Positions 54,827 to 64,000 of a stretch of 64,000 bases of DNA are shown here, piece after piece. Below the pieces are notes generated by a model. It saw nothing but the letters and a program-made list of their open reading frames with translations, did no database searches and was not told the origin of the DNA. Every line of letters starts with the position of its first letter. The first letter of the stretch is position 1. This DNA comes from an uncultured Conexibacteraceae bacterium (GTDB lineage Bacteria; Actinomycetota; Thermoleophilia; Solirubrobacterales; Solirubrobacteraceae), in the NCBI GenBank assembly GCA_963731005.1, contig CAVSTZ010000001.1:1585776-1649775 (forward strand), in the 5' to 3' direction. Position numbers and translations under genes: made by a program.

Positions 54827-55820
54827 ATGCAGCGGCTCCTGCAGAGCGTGGAGAGGCTTGCGCGTCTCGCCCAGCGCGACGCGGGCCTGCCTGCGGTCCA
54901 ACGCGCCCTCGGCGAGGAGCTCGTCACGATCCTCGGGATCGACCAGGCGCACGTCATCGTGCTCGCCGCCGGCCATCCGGCGCACGGGATCGTCGTGATG
55001 CGTGACGGCGGCTCCAACGAGTACGTCCTGCGCCCCGACGACCTGCCCGACGCGTTGCGCTGGGTCGCCGAGGCGGGCCAGGCCGTCACGGTCGCCGACG
55101 CCCGCGTCGACGGTGCCCTGCCGCCAGCAGTTGGTCAAGGCCTACGGGTTGCAGTCCGCCGCGGTCCTGCCGCTGGCCGCCGGCGATACCGTGCGCGCCG
55201 TCGTCCTGCTCGGCTCGCGCGAGCCGCGCGCATGGGACCCGGCCGACCTGCACACCGCGAGCGCGCTGTCGGATCTGGCCGGCACGGCGATCGCGCTGCG
55301 CGACGCCCGGCTGGCCGCCGCGATCGACCCGCTGACCGGCTGCCTGAACCACGGCGCGATGCGCGAGCGCCTGTCAGAGGAGATCGCGCGCGCCCGCCGC
55401 CAGAACACGCCGCTGGCCGTCACGATCCTCGACCTCGACGACTTCAAGCGCGTCAACGACACCTACGGCCACCCGACCGGCGACGTCCTGCTGCGCCACG
55501 TGGCCGAGGCACTGCGCGCCGAGTACCGCAGCTTCGACCAGGTCGCGCGCTACGGCGGCGACGAGTTCGTCGTGATCCTCCCCAACGTCCGCGGTCCCCG
55601 CGCCGACATCGCCGCGACCCGCGCGCTGCGCGTCCTGCGCGAGATCCACATCGCCCGCCCCGACGGCAGCCACGAGGGCATCACCGTCTCCTGCGGCGTC
55701 GCCGAGTGGGTCGAGCCCGAAGGTCCGGCCGAGCTGCTGGAGCGCGCCGACAAGGCGCTGCGCGGGTCCAAGGCGGCGGGCAAGGATGGGCTCGTGCGGG
55801 CGCCGACGCCGACGAGCTGA
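54827..55820 (+). CDS. GAF-GGDEF diguanylate cyclase; one frameshift near 55125
   Basis: [28 protein letters not shown]-site RSFD, RYGGDEF, ADKAL. Confidence 0.9.
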
Positions 55821-55843
55821 CCGAGGAAATAGGGTCCCCGGCC

Positions 55844-56605
55844 ATGGACATCTCCGGAAGTGGTGCACTGGTCGTCGGCGGGGCCTCGGGACTCGGCGAA
55901 GCGACCGCGCGGCGGCTGGCCGAGGCGGGCGCCGTCGTGACGATCGCCGACGTCAACGCCGACAAGGGGCAAGCGGTCGCCGAGGAGCTGGGCGCGTCGT
56001 TCGCCCAGGTCGACGTGCGCGAGGAGGCGCAGGTGCAGGCCGCCGTCGAGCAGGCCGCCGCGGCCGACGGTGGGCTGCGGATCGCCGTGACCTGCGCCGG
56101 CACGGGCTGGGCGCAGAAGGTCGCCAACTCGAGCGGCCCGCACCCGCTGCAGCCGTTCGAGATCATCATCGCCATCAACTTGATCGGCACCTTCAACGTG
56201 CTGCGGTTGGCCGCGGCGGCGATGATCGGCAACGAGCCCAACGCCGACGGTGAGCGCGGCGTGCTCGTCAACACCGCGTCGGTCGCGGCGTTCGACGGCC
56301 AGATCGGCCAGGTCGCCTATTCGGCCTCCAAGGGCGGCGTCGTCGGCATGACGCTGCCGGTCGCCCGCGACCTGGCGCAGTACGGGATCCGCGTCAACAC
56401 GATCGCGCCCGGCCTGTTCGACACGCAGCTGTTGGCGGCGCTGCCGGAAGAGGCGCGCGAATCGCTCGGCAAGACGATCCCGTTCCCGCCGCGCCTGGGC
56501 CGTCCGTCGGAGTACGCGCAGCTGGCCGAGCAGATCGTGGTCAACCCGATGTTGAACGGGGAGACGATCCGGTTGGACGGGGCGATCCGGATGGCGCCGC
56601 GGTAG
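55844..56605 (+). CDS. SDR, 3-hydroxyacyl-CoA dehydrogenase type-2 (HSD17B10-like)
   Basis: [60 protein letters not shown]. Confidence 0.93.
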   Translation: MDISGSGALVVGGASGLGEATARRLAEAGAVVTIADVNADKGQAVAEELGASFAQVDVREEAQVQAAVEQAAAADGGLRIAVTCAGTGWAQKVANSSGPHPLQPFEIIIAINLIGTFNVLRLAAAAMIGNEPNADGERGVLVNTASVAAFDGQIGQVAYSASKGGVVGMTLPVARDLAQYGIRVNTIAPGLFDTQLLAALPEEARESLGKTIPFPPRLGRPSEYAQLAEQIVVNPMLNGETIRLDGAIRMAPR

Positions 56606-56665
56606 GGGGCGACGCGGTTCACGGGCGCGCGCCCTCGAAGCCCGCCATCGTGGACCCCTGACGTG

Positions 56666-56706
56666 AAGCGCGTGGAACCCGTCCATATCGCGGGTTCTGC
56701 GCGCTT
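56666..56706. terminator. Long hairpin between convergent genes
   Basis: AAGCGCGTGGAACCCG / CGGGTTCTGCGCGCTT near-perfect inverted repeat. Confidence 0.6.
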
Positions 56707-56711
56707 GATGG

Positions 56712-57815
56712 CTAGCGCTTCACGGTCAGCGTCCGCCGCGCGGTCGTCGTCTTGGCGCCGGCGCTGCGGCGGGCGACGACGGTGAGCGTCGCGCGCACGC
56801 CGCCGTGCGCGCGACGCAGTGTGCGGGTGCCGGCCTTGGTGAGCGTCAGGCGGACGCTGCGGGTGCCGGCGCGCAGCTTCGCGCTGCCGGTGGCGATCAC
56901 CGTCTTGCCGACGCGCAGCGTCGCCTTGGTCGACCCCGAGAGGTTGAGGACGACGGTCACGCGTGCGTGACCGGAGCGGAAGGTCAGGGCCCGGGCGCCG
57001 AGGCGGACACGGAGTGCGGTCGTGCCCGGCGTGCCCGTGCCCGTGCCCGGCTCGCCACCGCTCGGCGAGGTGGTCGACCCGCCGGTGGTGCCCGAGCCGG
57101 AGCCCGGAGCCGAGCCCCCGGGCTTGGGCGAGGTCGGAGGCGTTGTCTCTCCGCCGCCCGTCCCACCGCCGCCACCGCCCCCGGTGCCGCCGCCCCCGGT
57201 CGTCGGCCCCTGGGCGACGGTCACGGCGTGGACCGTCACGGGCGAGGTCTCGTGGCTGTCGTCGACGTAGCGCAGCCCGACGTGGTAGCTGCCGGCCGAG
57301 GTGTAGGTCCGTGACGGCGCCGAGCCGACCGCCTCGAAGCTGCCGTCGCCGTTGAGGTCCCATTCGTAACGCACCACCGTGCCGTCCGGATCGGTGAACG
57401 CGCCCGGCGTGAACGTCACGGCCTGCCCGGTCTTCGGGCTCGTCGGCGCCCAGCTGAAGTCCGGCGTCGCGAAGGCGTTGCCGGCGACGTGCACGCTGCC
57501 GACCATCGTCGCGTGGATCTGGCAGTGGAACTCAAACGTCCCGGGGTGGGTGAAGGTGTAGGTGTTCGTCGTGCCGTCCGGCTGCGTGGCGAAGTCGCCG
57601 TCGGTCCACACCAGCGGATGGCTGGCAAACGCGCCGCTGAACGTGACCGTGTCCCCCACCGCGGCCTCGATGTTCGACGGCGAGTACGCGGCCGGCGACG
57701 CGTCGAAGGGGAACGTGACCGGATGATCGCCCGCCATCGCGGCCGCAGGCACGCATCCCCACGCGACCAGCAGCACGGCAGCAGCCTTGGACACCGACCC
57801 GAGCAGGTTCCCCAT
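56712..57815 (-). CDS. Secreted cupredoxin (plastocyanin-like) + PKD domain protein with a basic C-terminal domain
   Basis: Signal peptide; GDTVTF..SHPL..FHCQIHATMVG (type-1 Cu ligands H, C, H, M); PKD-like DPDGTVVRYEWDLNGDG..YTSAGSY; Gly/Pro linker. Confidence 0.85.
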   Translation of the reverse strand: MGNLLGSVSKAAAVLLVAWGCVPAAAMAGDHPVTFPFDASPAAYSPSNIEAAVGDTVTFSGAFASHPLVWTDGDFATQPDGTTNTYTFTHPGTFEFHCQIHATMVGSVHVAGNAFATPDFSWAPTSPKTGQAVTFTPGAFTDPDGTVVRYEWDLNGDGSFEAVGSAPSRTYTSAGSYHVGLRYVDDSHETSPVTVHAVTVAQGPTTGGGGTGGGGGGGTGGGETTPPTSPKPGGSAPGSGSGTTGGSTTSPSGGEPGTGTGTPGTTALRVRLGARALTFRSGHARVTVVLNLSGSTKATLRVGKTVIATGSAKLRAGTRSVRLTLTKAGTRTLRRAHGGVRATLTVVARRSAGAKTTTARRTLTVKR

Positions 57816-57930
57816 GCCGCGCAAGACACCGCACGGCGCGGATCCTTCCGTCGACGTTCGTTGACGGTGCTGGTCGACTTGACCGGCACAGTGCCCGACA
57901 ACTCGACCAGCGCAGCCGGCCGACGAAGAC

Positions 57931-58410
57931 CTACAAGATCTTCTTGATGCCCCCGATGGCCAGCGCGTTGCCCCGCGCGAGCACGGGGGCCAGGCGGCCG
58001 ACGAACGCCGCGCCCGGCAACCCGCGTGGCGCGACCGCCATCGTCCAGGTCAGGCGCGTGCCGCCGCCGGCGCTCGGCTCGAGCACGAAGTCCTCGGCCA
58101 GCCCGTCGAACATCCGCCGCGACTGGTGCGTCACCCGGAAGGTCGCGCGGTGACCGACGTCCCAGCGGTAGAACTCCTCTTCGATCGTCACGGCCTTGAA
58201 CAGCCGCAGACGCCGGATCGCGCCCACCGTCTGCGGCCGAGCGGTCGTCCAGACGAGCTGGTCGATGATCGGCGCCCACGACCACATCGCGTCGCTGCCC
58301 AATGCGTCCCACACCTGCTGCACCGGAGCGGGCAGCTCCAGCGTGGCGGGGATCACGATCGGCGCGGTCTGAAAGAACGCGTCGTCGATGGGCTTCAACG
58401 TGTAGGTCAT
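57931..58410 (-). CDS. SRPBCC (polyketide cyclase/dehydrase) family protein
   Basis: LPAPVQQVWDAL, VGAIRRL, EEFYRWD, LAEDFVLEP..GGTRLTWT. Confidence 0.85.
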   Translation of the reverse strand: MTYTLKPIDDAFFQTAPIVIPATLELPAPVQQVWDALGSDAMWSWAPIIDQLVWTTARPQTVGAIRRLRLFKAVTIEEEFYRWDVGHRATFRVTHQSRRMFDGLAEDFVLEPSAGGGTRLTWTMAVAPRGLPGAAFVGRLAPVLARGNALAIGGIKKIL

Positions 58411-58428
58411 GGGCGCCGGTTCACCGAT

Positions 58429-59593
58429 CTACTTCAGGCGCTCGACGATCAGGGCCTCGCCCTGGCCCTGGGCGACGCACATCGTCTCGAGGCCGATCGT
58501 CTTGTCGAGCGTCTCGAGGTCGTTGAGCAACGTCGTCATGATGCGCACGCCGGTCATCCCGAAGGGGTGGCCGAGCGCGATCGCGCCGCCGTGCGGGTTG
58601 AGGTCGTCGAGATCGATCCCGACCTCTGAGGCGATCGGCAGCACCTGCGCCGCGAACGCCTCGTTGAGCTCGGTGATGTCGATGTCCGACGCGCTCATGC
58701 CGGCGCGGTCCAGCGCCTTCTTGATCGCCCCGATCGGCGCGACGCCCATGTATTCGGGCTCGTTGCCCCACGTGGCGGCCGTGATGATGCGGGCGCGCGG
58801 CTTGAGGCCCAGCTCCGCGGCCTTTTCGGCGCTCATGATCAGCGCGGCGGCCGCGCCGTCGTTGAGCGGGCACGAGTTGCCTGCCGTCACGGTCCCGCCC
58901 GGCTTGAAGGCCGGCTCCAGCGTGGCGAGCTTCTCGTAGGTCGACGAGGCGCGCGGCCCGTCGTCCTTGGAGACGACCGTGCCGTCGGCGAGCGTGACGG
59001 GCACGATCTCGCGGTCGAACACGCCGGCCTCCTGGGCCGCGACCGCACGCTCCTGCGAGCGCTGGGCGTAGCGGTCCTGGTCCTCACGCGAGACGCCGTA
59101 CTTGTCGGCGACGTTCTCGGCGGTCAGGCCCATCGCGATGTAGGCGTTGGGCTGGCCGTTGTTGCCCTGGAGGTTCTCGTTCTGATCCTCGGGGTGGGCG
59201 GCCTCTTGGGCGGCGTTGTAGCGCGAGACGAACTCGACGCCGCCGGCGATGTACACGTCACCCTGGCCCGCGACGACCGCGTTGGCGGCGGCGCGGATCG
59301 CGTCGAGGCCGGACGCGCAGTAGCGCGAGACGGTCACGCCGTTGGTGGTCTGCGTCGAGCTTCTCGCTCAGCAGCACCGCGATGCGGGCGATGTTGTTGG
59401 CCTGCAGGCCCTGCGGCAAGCCGCAGCCGGCGATGAGCTCCTCGACCGTGGTCGGGTCCACACCGGGGTTGCGCTCGAGCAGCTGATCGACCACGAACGC
59501 GAGGGTCTCGTCGGGGCGCAACGAGGCGAGCGAGCCCTTGAAGGCTCGACCGACGGGCGTCCGGACGGCGTCGACGATGACGGCTTCGGGCAT
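58429..59593 (-). CDS. Acetyl-CoA C-acyltransferase (thiolase); frameshift near 59350
   Basis: IVDAVRTPVGR, catalytic RYCASG, TAGNSCPLNDGA, ELNEAFA, GGAIALGHPFG, TMCVAQGQG. Confidence 0.95.
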
Positions 59594-59619
59594 TGAAAAT
59601 GATCCTCTCGGAGATGAAG

Positions 59620-59674
59620 CCCGGCGGTCGCACACCACGGGCAGGTTTATCCCCCGGCGGTCGCACACCACGGG
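59620..59674. repeat. Perfect 22-bp direct repeat x2 (CCCGGCGGTCGCACACCACGGG), 33-bp period
   Basis: Copies at 59620-59641 and 59653-59674, separated by CAGGTTTATCC. Confidence 0.9.
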
Positions 59675-59725
59675 GCCTACGCAGTACATGGTAGTGGCCC
59701 GGCGGGCCATCACCAGGCCCGAACC

Positions 59726-60259
59726 CTAGCGGAACATCTCCCAGTAGGAGCGGGCGATCATCCGCCGGGCGAAGACGGTCGCGTCGGGCGGCAGCGCGTC
59801 GTGGCGCGCCCAGCGCACGGTGGCGATCTCGGCCTCGGACGGCCGCAGCTCGACCCCCGCGGCGACCTCCACGGCGAAGACGTGGATCCGCTCGCGCTTG
59901 CGATCGAAGCGCGACGCCACCTCGGCGATCTCCACGACCGTCAGCGGCTCGATGCCCAGCTCCTCTTTGAGCTCTCGCCGCAGCGTGACCGATGGATCCT
60001 CGCCCGCGCGCACGTAGCCGCCGGGAATGTCCCATTGGTCACGACGCGCGTAGGTGTGGCGGACGAGCAGCACCTCGTCGCCACAGCAGACGACGGCCTT
60101 CATCCCGATGGTGTGCGGTCGCGTGAGAAACCACCACGGGCGCAGCGCGAGATATCCGGCCCGGTAGGCCCGGCGCAGCATGCGCGGGGAGAGCCGCCGC
60201 CGCAGGCGCGCCTCGATGGCCTCGATGACACGCGGCGTCAGCGACTTGCGCTCGGTCAT
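59726..60259 (-). CDS. NUDIX hydrolase
   Basis: Nudix box WDIPGGYVRAGEDPSVTLRRELKEELGI. Confidence 0.9.
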   Translation of the reverse strand: MTERKSLTPRVIEAIEARLRRRLSPRMLRRAYRAGYLALRPWWFLTRPHTIGMKAVVCCGDEVLLVRHTYARRDQWDIPGGYVRAGEDPSVTLRRELKEELGIEPLTVVEIAEVASRFDRKRERIHVFAVEVAAGVELRPSEAEIATVRWARHDALPPDATVFARRMIARSYWEMFR

Positions 60260-60276
60260 CGGCGCCGCGACATGCC

Positions 60277-61299
60277 TTACGCCAGCACCTTGCCCAGCAG
60301 TTGCGCATGCGCGGCGACATCGCGCGCGTACGCGTCGAAGCCCGACGCGAACATCGCCTGCGGCCCGTCGCAGAGCGCGTGCTCGGGATCTTGGTGCACT
60401 TCGACGATGATGCCGTCGGCCCCGACCGCGGCGGCCGCGCGCGACAGCGGCTCGACCAGGCGGCGGTCGCCGGCGGCGTGTGACGGGTCGACGATCACCG
60501 GCAGGTGCGTGTGCAGCTTGAGCCAGGCGACGGCGCCGAGGTCGAGCGTGAAGCGCGTGGCGGTCTCGAAGGTCCGGATGCCGCGCTCGCAGAGCATCAC
60601 ATCCTCATTGCCTTCCTTGAGGACGTAGTCGGCGGCCATCAGCAGCTCGTCCAAGGACGATGACAACCCGCGCTTGAGCAGGACGGGCTTGCCGAGCTTG
60701 CCGGCAACCTCGAGCAACGCGTAGTTCTGCATGTTGCGCGCGCCGATCTGGACCACGTCGGCGTGCTCGGCGATCGCGTCGGCGTGGGCGCTGTCGAGGA
60801 GCTCGGTGACGACCGGCAGCCCGGTCTCCGCGCGCGCCTCGGCCAGGATCTCCAGCGCGGGCACGCCGAGGCCCTTGAAGGCGAACGGCGACGTGCGCGG
60901 CTTGAACGCGCCGCCGCGCAGCATCGCGGCGCCGCCGGCCTTGACGGCGTGCGCGACGGCCAGCGTCTGCTCACGCGTCTCGACCGTGCACGGCCCGGCG
61001 ATCAAGGTGAAGGTCTTGCCGCCGCCGACCGTGCGACCGGCGATGTCGAGGACCGTGGCCTCGTGGTGGCTCAGCTCAGAGGACGCCAGCTTGTACGGGC
61101 GCGAGATCGGCACGACGCGGTCGACGCCGCCCAGCCCCTCCAGGCCCAGCTCGCGGACGCCCTCGGGATCGCCGATCGCCCCGATCGCGGTTGTCAGCTC
61201 GCCGGGCATCACCCGCACGTGCACGCCGGTGGTCTCCAGGCGCGCGACGACGGCGTCGATCTCGGGCTGCGTGGCCTGCGGGCTCATCACGATCATCAT
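60277..61299 (-). CDS. aroF: DAHP synthase type I-beta with an N-terminal regulatory domain
   Basis: IAGPCTVE, LRGGAFKPRTSP, QIGARNMQN, LLKRG, CERGIRTFE, IVDPSH, DGPQ. Confidence 0.95.
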   Translation of the reverse strand: MMIVMSPQATQPEIDAVVARLETTGVHVRVMPGELTTAIGAIGDPEGVRELGLEGLGGVDRVVPISRPYKLASSELSHHEATVLDIAGRTVGGGKTFTLIAGPCTVETREQTLAVAHAVKAGGAAMLRGGAFKPRTSPFAFKGLGVPALEILAEARAETGLPVVTELLDSAHADAIAEHADVVQIGARNMQNYALLEVAGKLGKPVLLKRGLSSSLDELLMAADYVLKEGNEDVMLCERGIRTFETATRFTLDLGAVAWLKLHTHLPVIVDPSHAAGDRRLVEPLSRAAAAVGADGIIVEVHQDPEHALCDGPQAMFASGFDAYARDVAAHAQLLGKVLA

Positions 61300-61403
61300 G
61301 GGCGTACCGCACTGTAGAGCGGAAGCCGCTGCTGATTCCCCCACTGCTGTCCGGGCGGGGGCCTGGATTGTGCGCCGCCGCCGCGCCGGTCATCCTGCCT
61401 GCA

Positions 61404-62642
61404 GTGTTCTGGCGCATCGCCAAGCTTCCCCTGACCGCCACGCCGTGGCGGGATCTCGCCTACATCGCGCTCGGCCTCGCCTCCGGGATCTTCGCGCTGA
61501 CCTTCTTCTTCGTCGGGCCGTGCCTGTCGATCCTGCTGATCATCACGCTGATCGGGATCCCCAAGCTCCTGCTCGACATGTGGATCACGCAGTGGTGGGC
61601 CAACGGCGAGCGACTCCGCGGGCAGCTGACCGGCGTGCCGATCCCGCTGTCGCGACGGCGTTGGCGCGGCGACACGCTCCTGCAGCGCGTGCGCAACGGG
61701 ATCACCGATCCGATGACGTGGCGCGAGTTGGTGTGGTTGATCCTGATGTTCGGGGTCGGCACCGCGTCGTTCGTCGCGGGGGTCACCGCGTTCAGCGTCG
61801 GCCTCGGCTTCCTGACGCTGCCGCTATGGGCGTGGTCGCTGCCCGACGGCGTCGAGGTCGGCATCACGACGATCCGCTCGGTCGGCTGGATGATCGTCTT
61901 CGCGGCGATCGCCGGGCCGCCCGCGGCGGTGCTCGGCGCGTGGGTCCTGCGCGGCAGCGCGCTCGTCCAGGCCAAGCTCGCCCAGGTGCTGCTGGAGGGC
62001 GAGGAGCAGGAGCGGATCACCGAGCTGCAGGTCTCGCGCGCGGGCGCCGTGGACGCGGCGGCCGGCGAGCTGCGCCGGATCGAGCGCGACCTGCACGACG
62101 GCGCCCAGGCGCGGCTGGTCGCGCTGGCGATGGAGATCGGGATGGCGCGCGAGCAGCTCGAACGCGACCCCGAGGCCGCCGCGGCGCTGCTGGCCGGCGC
62201 GCACGAGGACGCCAAGACCGCGCTGGTCGAGCTGCGTGACCTCGCGCGTGGGATCCACCCGGCGATCCTCACCGATCGCGGTCTCGACGCGGCGGTCAGC
62301 GCGCTGGCAGCGCGCTGCCCGGTGCCATGCACGGTCGCGATCGAGCTGCCGGAGCGGCTCCCGGCGGCGGTCGAGTCGGCCGCCTACTTCACGATCGCCG
62401 AGGCGCTGACCAACGTGGCCAAGCACAGCGGCGCATCGCACTGCGCGATCACGGGTGAGGTCAAGGACATGCTGTTGGCCGTCGAGGTGACCGACGACGG
62501 GCGCGGCGGGCTGCGCGAGTCGGCCGGAACCGGAATCGCCGGGCTGCGCGGGCGCGTCGAGGCGCTCGACGGCCGCCTGCTGGTCGTCAGCCCGGAAGGT
62601 GCCGGGACCGTGCTGCGAGCGGAGCTGCCATGCGTGTCGTGA
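61404..62642 (+). CDS. Membrane sensor histidine kinase (HisKA_3/NarL type); start approximate
   Basis: Several TM segments; ERDLHDGAQARL, ELRDLARGIHP..L..GL, EALTNVAKHS, DDGRGG, GTGIAGL. Confidence 0.92.
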   Translation: MFWRIAKLPLTATPWRDLAYIALGLASGIFALTFFFVGPCLSILLIITLIGIPKLLLDMWITQWWANGERLRGQLTGVPIPLSRRRWRGDTLLQRVRNGITDPMTWRELVWLILMFGVGTASFVAGVTAFSVGLGFLTLPLWAWSLPDGVEVGITTIRSVGWMIVFAAIAGPPAAVLGAWVLRGSALVQAKLAQVLLEGEEQERITELQVSRAGAVDAAAGELRRIERDLHDGAQARLVALAMEIGMAREQLERDPEAAAALLAGAHEDAKTALVELRDLARGIHPAILTDRGLDAAVSALAARCPVPCTVAIELPERLPAAVESAAYFTIAEALTNVAKHSGASHCAITGEVKDMLLAVEVTDDGRGGLRESAGTGIAGLRGRVEALDGRLLVVSPEGAGTVLRAELPCVS

Positions 62643-63277
62643 TCGCCGAGGATCTCGTCCTGCTCCGCGATGGCCTCGTGCGGCTGCTGACCGCGCACGG
62701 CCACGAGGTGGTCGCCGCGGTCGGCGACGGGCCGGCGCTGGTTGCGGCCGTCGACGAGCACCGACCCGACATCGCGATCGTCGACGTGCGGCTGCCGCCG
62801 TCCCAGCGCGACGAGGGGCTGCGCGCGGCGCTGGAGGCGCGGCAGCTCGTGCCGGGCACGCCGGTGCTGGTCTTGTCGCAGTACGTCGAGGAGTCCTATG
62901 CCGCCGAGCTGCTGGCCGACGGCGCCGGCGCGGTCGGTTATCTCCTGAAGGACCGCGTCGCCGACCCTTCGGACTTCGTCGCCCAGGTCACGCGCGTGGC
63001 CGAGGGTGGAACCGCGATCGACCAGGAGGTGGTCCGCCAGTTGCTCGCCCGCCGCCGCGCCGACGACCCACTCGACGAGCTGACGCCGCGCGAGCGCGAG
63101 GTCCTGGAGCTGATGGCCCAGGGACTCTCGAACGCCGCGATCGCCCAGCGCCTGGTCGTCACCGACGGCGCGATCGAGAAGCACGTCACCAACATCTTCG
63201 GCAAGCTCGGCCTGCACACCGCCGCGGGCGGGAATCTGCGCGTGCTCGCCGTGCTCGCCTGGCTGCGCGTGCAGTGA
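62630..63277 (+). CDS. NarL/LuxR family response regulator
   Basis: VIAED, DIAIVDVRLPP, LSQY, YLLK, LTPREREVLELMAQGLSN..EKHVTNIFGKL. Confidence 0.95.
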   Translation: MRVVIAEDLVLLRDGLVRLLTAHGHEVVAAVGDGPALVAAVDEHRPDIAIVDVRLPPSQRDEGLRAALEARQLVPGTPVLVLSQYVEESYAAELLADGAGAVGYLLKDRVADPSDFVAQVTRVAEGGTAIDQEVVRQLLARRRADDPLDELTPREREVLELMAQGLSNAAIAQRLVVTDGAIEKHVTNIFGKLGLHTAAGGNLRVLAVLAWLRVQ

Positions 63278-63304
63278 CGGCCCAGAGGGCCGCCCTGCAC
63301 GCGG

Positions 63305-63334
63305 GCGAGCAATCGCCCGGAGGGCGATTCTCGC
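63305..63334. terminator. Hairpin between convergent genes
   Basis: GCGAG(C)AATCGCCC / GGGCGATTCTCGC stem. Confidence 0.55.
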
Positions 63335-63362
63335 GGGGCAAGGGATGCTTGGAGCCCGAGGG

Positions 63363-64000
63363 CTACGGGTCCGGGAACGGCTGCACCGGCAGGTTGGCCG
63401 GCACCTCGCGCGCGCCCAGCTCGTAGGTCCCGCCGTAGGTCGTGCGCAGCGTGGCGGCCGGGCCGTCGCGCGGGATGACGACGGCCTCCAGCTCGGCGAC
63501 CGAGCAGTTGGCGACGTGGTGCTCGCCGCCGTCGGGGTCGGCGTAGCGCCAGACGACGGTCTGGGGACGGTTGCCGTGGACGGTCAGCCGCAGGCGCGCG
63601 TCGTGGCCGTGGAGGTTGAGATCGAGATGTGATGGGCCTTCGTTGGCGTGCAGCCGCGCGCCCAGACCGCCGATGCGGACACGCTCGCCGTTGAGCGAGA
63701 TCACGCCGTTGGCGACCCAGGGCGTGAGCACCCGACCGACGCGGATGCGCCCGAGCGCGATGTCGAGCCAATCGTCCGGGCGATCCTCGAAGAGGACGCC
63801 GTGCAGCCAGATCCAGCGCTCGGCGTGCTGGGCGCCCCAGTTGTGGCCGATCATCCCCGGCCAGCCGTCGAGCTCGATGACCTCGCCGCCGAACGTCACC
63901 TTGCCGCTGACGGCGACGTGCGGCCGCGGGCTCTCCAGCTTGGTCTTGGGCAGCGGCGCCGAGTACATGAAGGACTTGGGCAGGTGGCGCAGCGGCGGCT
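63363..64000 (-). CDS. Hypothetical protein, possibly tocopherol-cyclase/AttH-like (5' part outside the window)
   Basis: LRHLPKSFMYSAPLPKTK..GWPGMIGHNWGAQHAERWIW..YADPDG..VANCS. Confidence 0.65.
   Translation of the reverse strand, partial: PPLRHLPKSFMYSAPLPKTKLESPRPHVAVSGKVTFGGEVIELDGWPGMIGHNWGAQHAERWIWLHGVLFEDRPDDWLDIALGRIRVGRVLTPWVANGVISLNGERVRIGGLGARLHANEGPSHLDLNLHGHDARLRLTVHGNRPQTVVWRYADPDGGEHHVANCSVAELEAVVIPRDGPAATLRTTYGGTYELGAREVPANLPVQPFPDP

Noticed and set aside
59620-59674. Mini CRISPR array
   Set aside because: Only two repeats, an 11-bp spacer and no cas genes.

Overview
Very GC-rich bacterial chromosomal segment. Gene content and protein styles point to Actinomycetota, most likely Thermoleophilia/Solirubrobacterales (Conexibacter/Baekduia-like); this is inference. 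About 55 densely packed housekeeping and accessory genes, with no rRNA, tRNA, transposase, phage or CRISPR array. Single-base indels are dense in blocks (about 1.5-14 kb and 34.7-44 kb) and rare in others (about 18.8-26, 31.3-34.6 and 55.8-64 kb). This looks like long-read consensus error, so many CDS were stitched across frames and their ends are approximate. Main content: photolyase, GGT, an orphan ParA-family ATPase coupled to an FtsZ with a long N-terminal extension, an ArsA/Get3-like ATPase pair, cell-wall hydrolases (NlpC/P60, amidase, RlpA under a c-di-AMP riboswitch), pilT, rpoD with tandem CRP-type sites, moeA, MerR-DICT, glpX, an ECF sigma/zf-HC2 pair, an oxidative pentose phosphate operon with an embedded GH15, DUF1800/DUF1501, MMPL, a second GH15, egtBD, a diguanylate cyclase, thiolase, aroF and a NarL-type two-component system. 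The best candidate for an undescribed system is the parA-ftsZ module, where FtsZ appears to carry its own ParB-like ParA-contacting peptide. A structured intergenic region at about 16.87-17.09 kb is the next best candidate.
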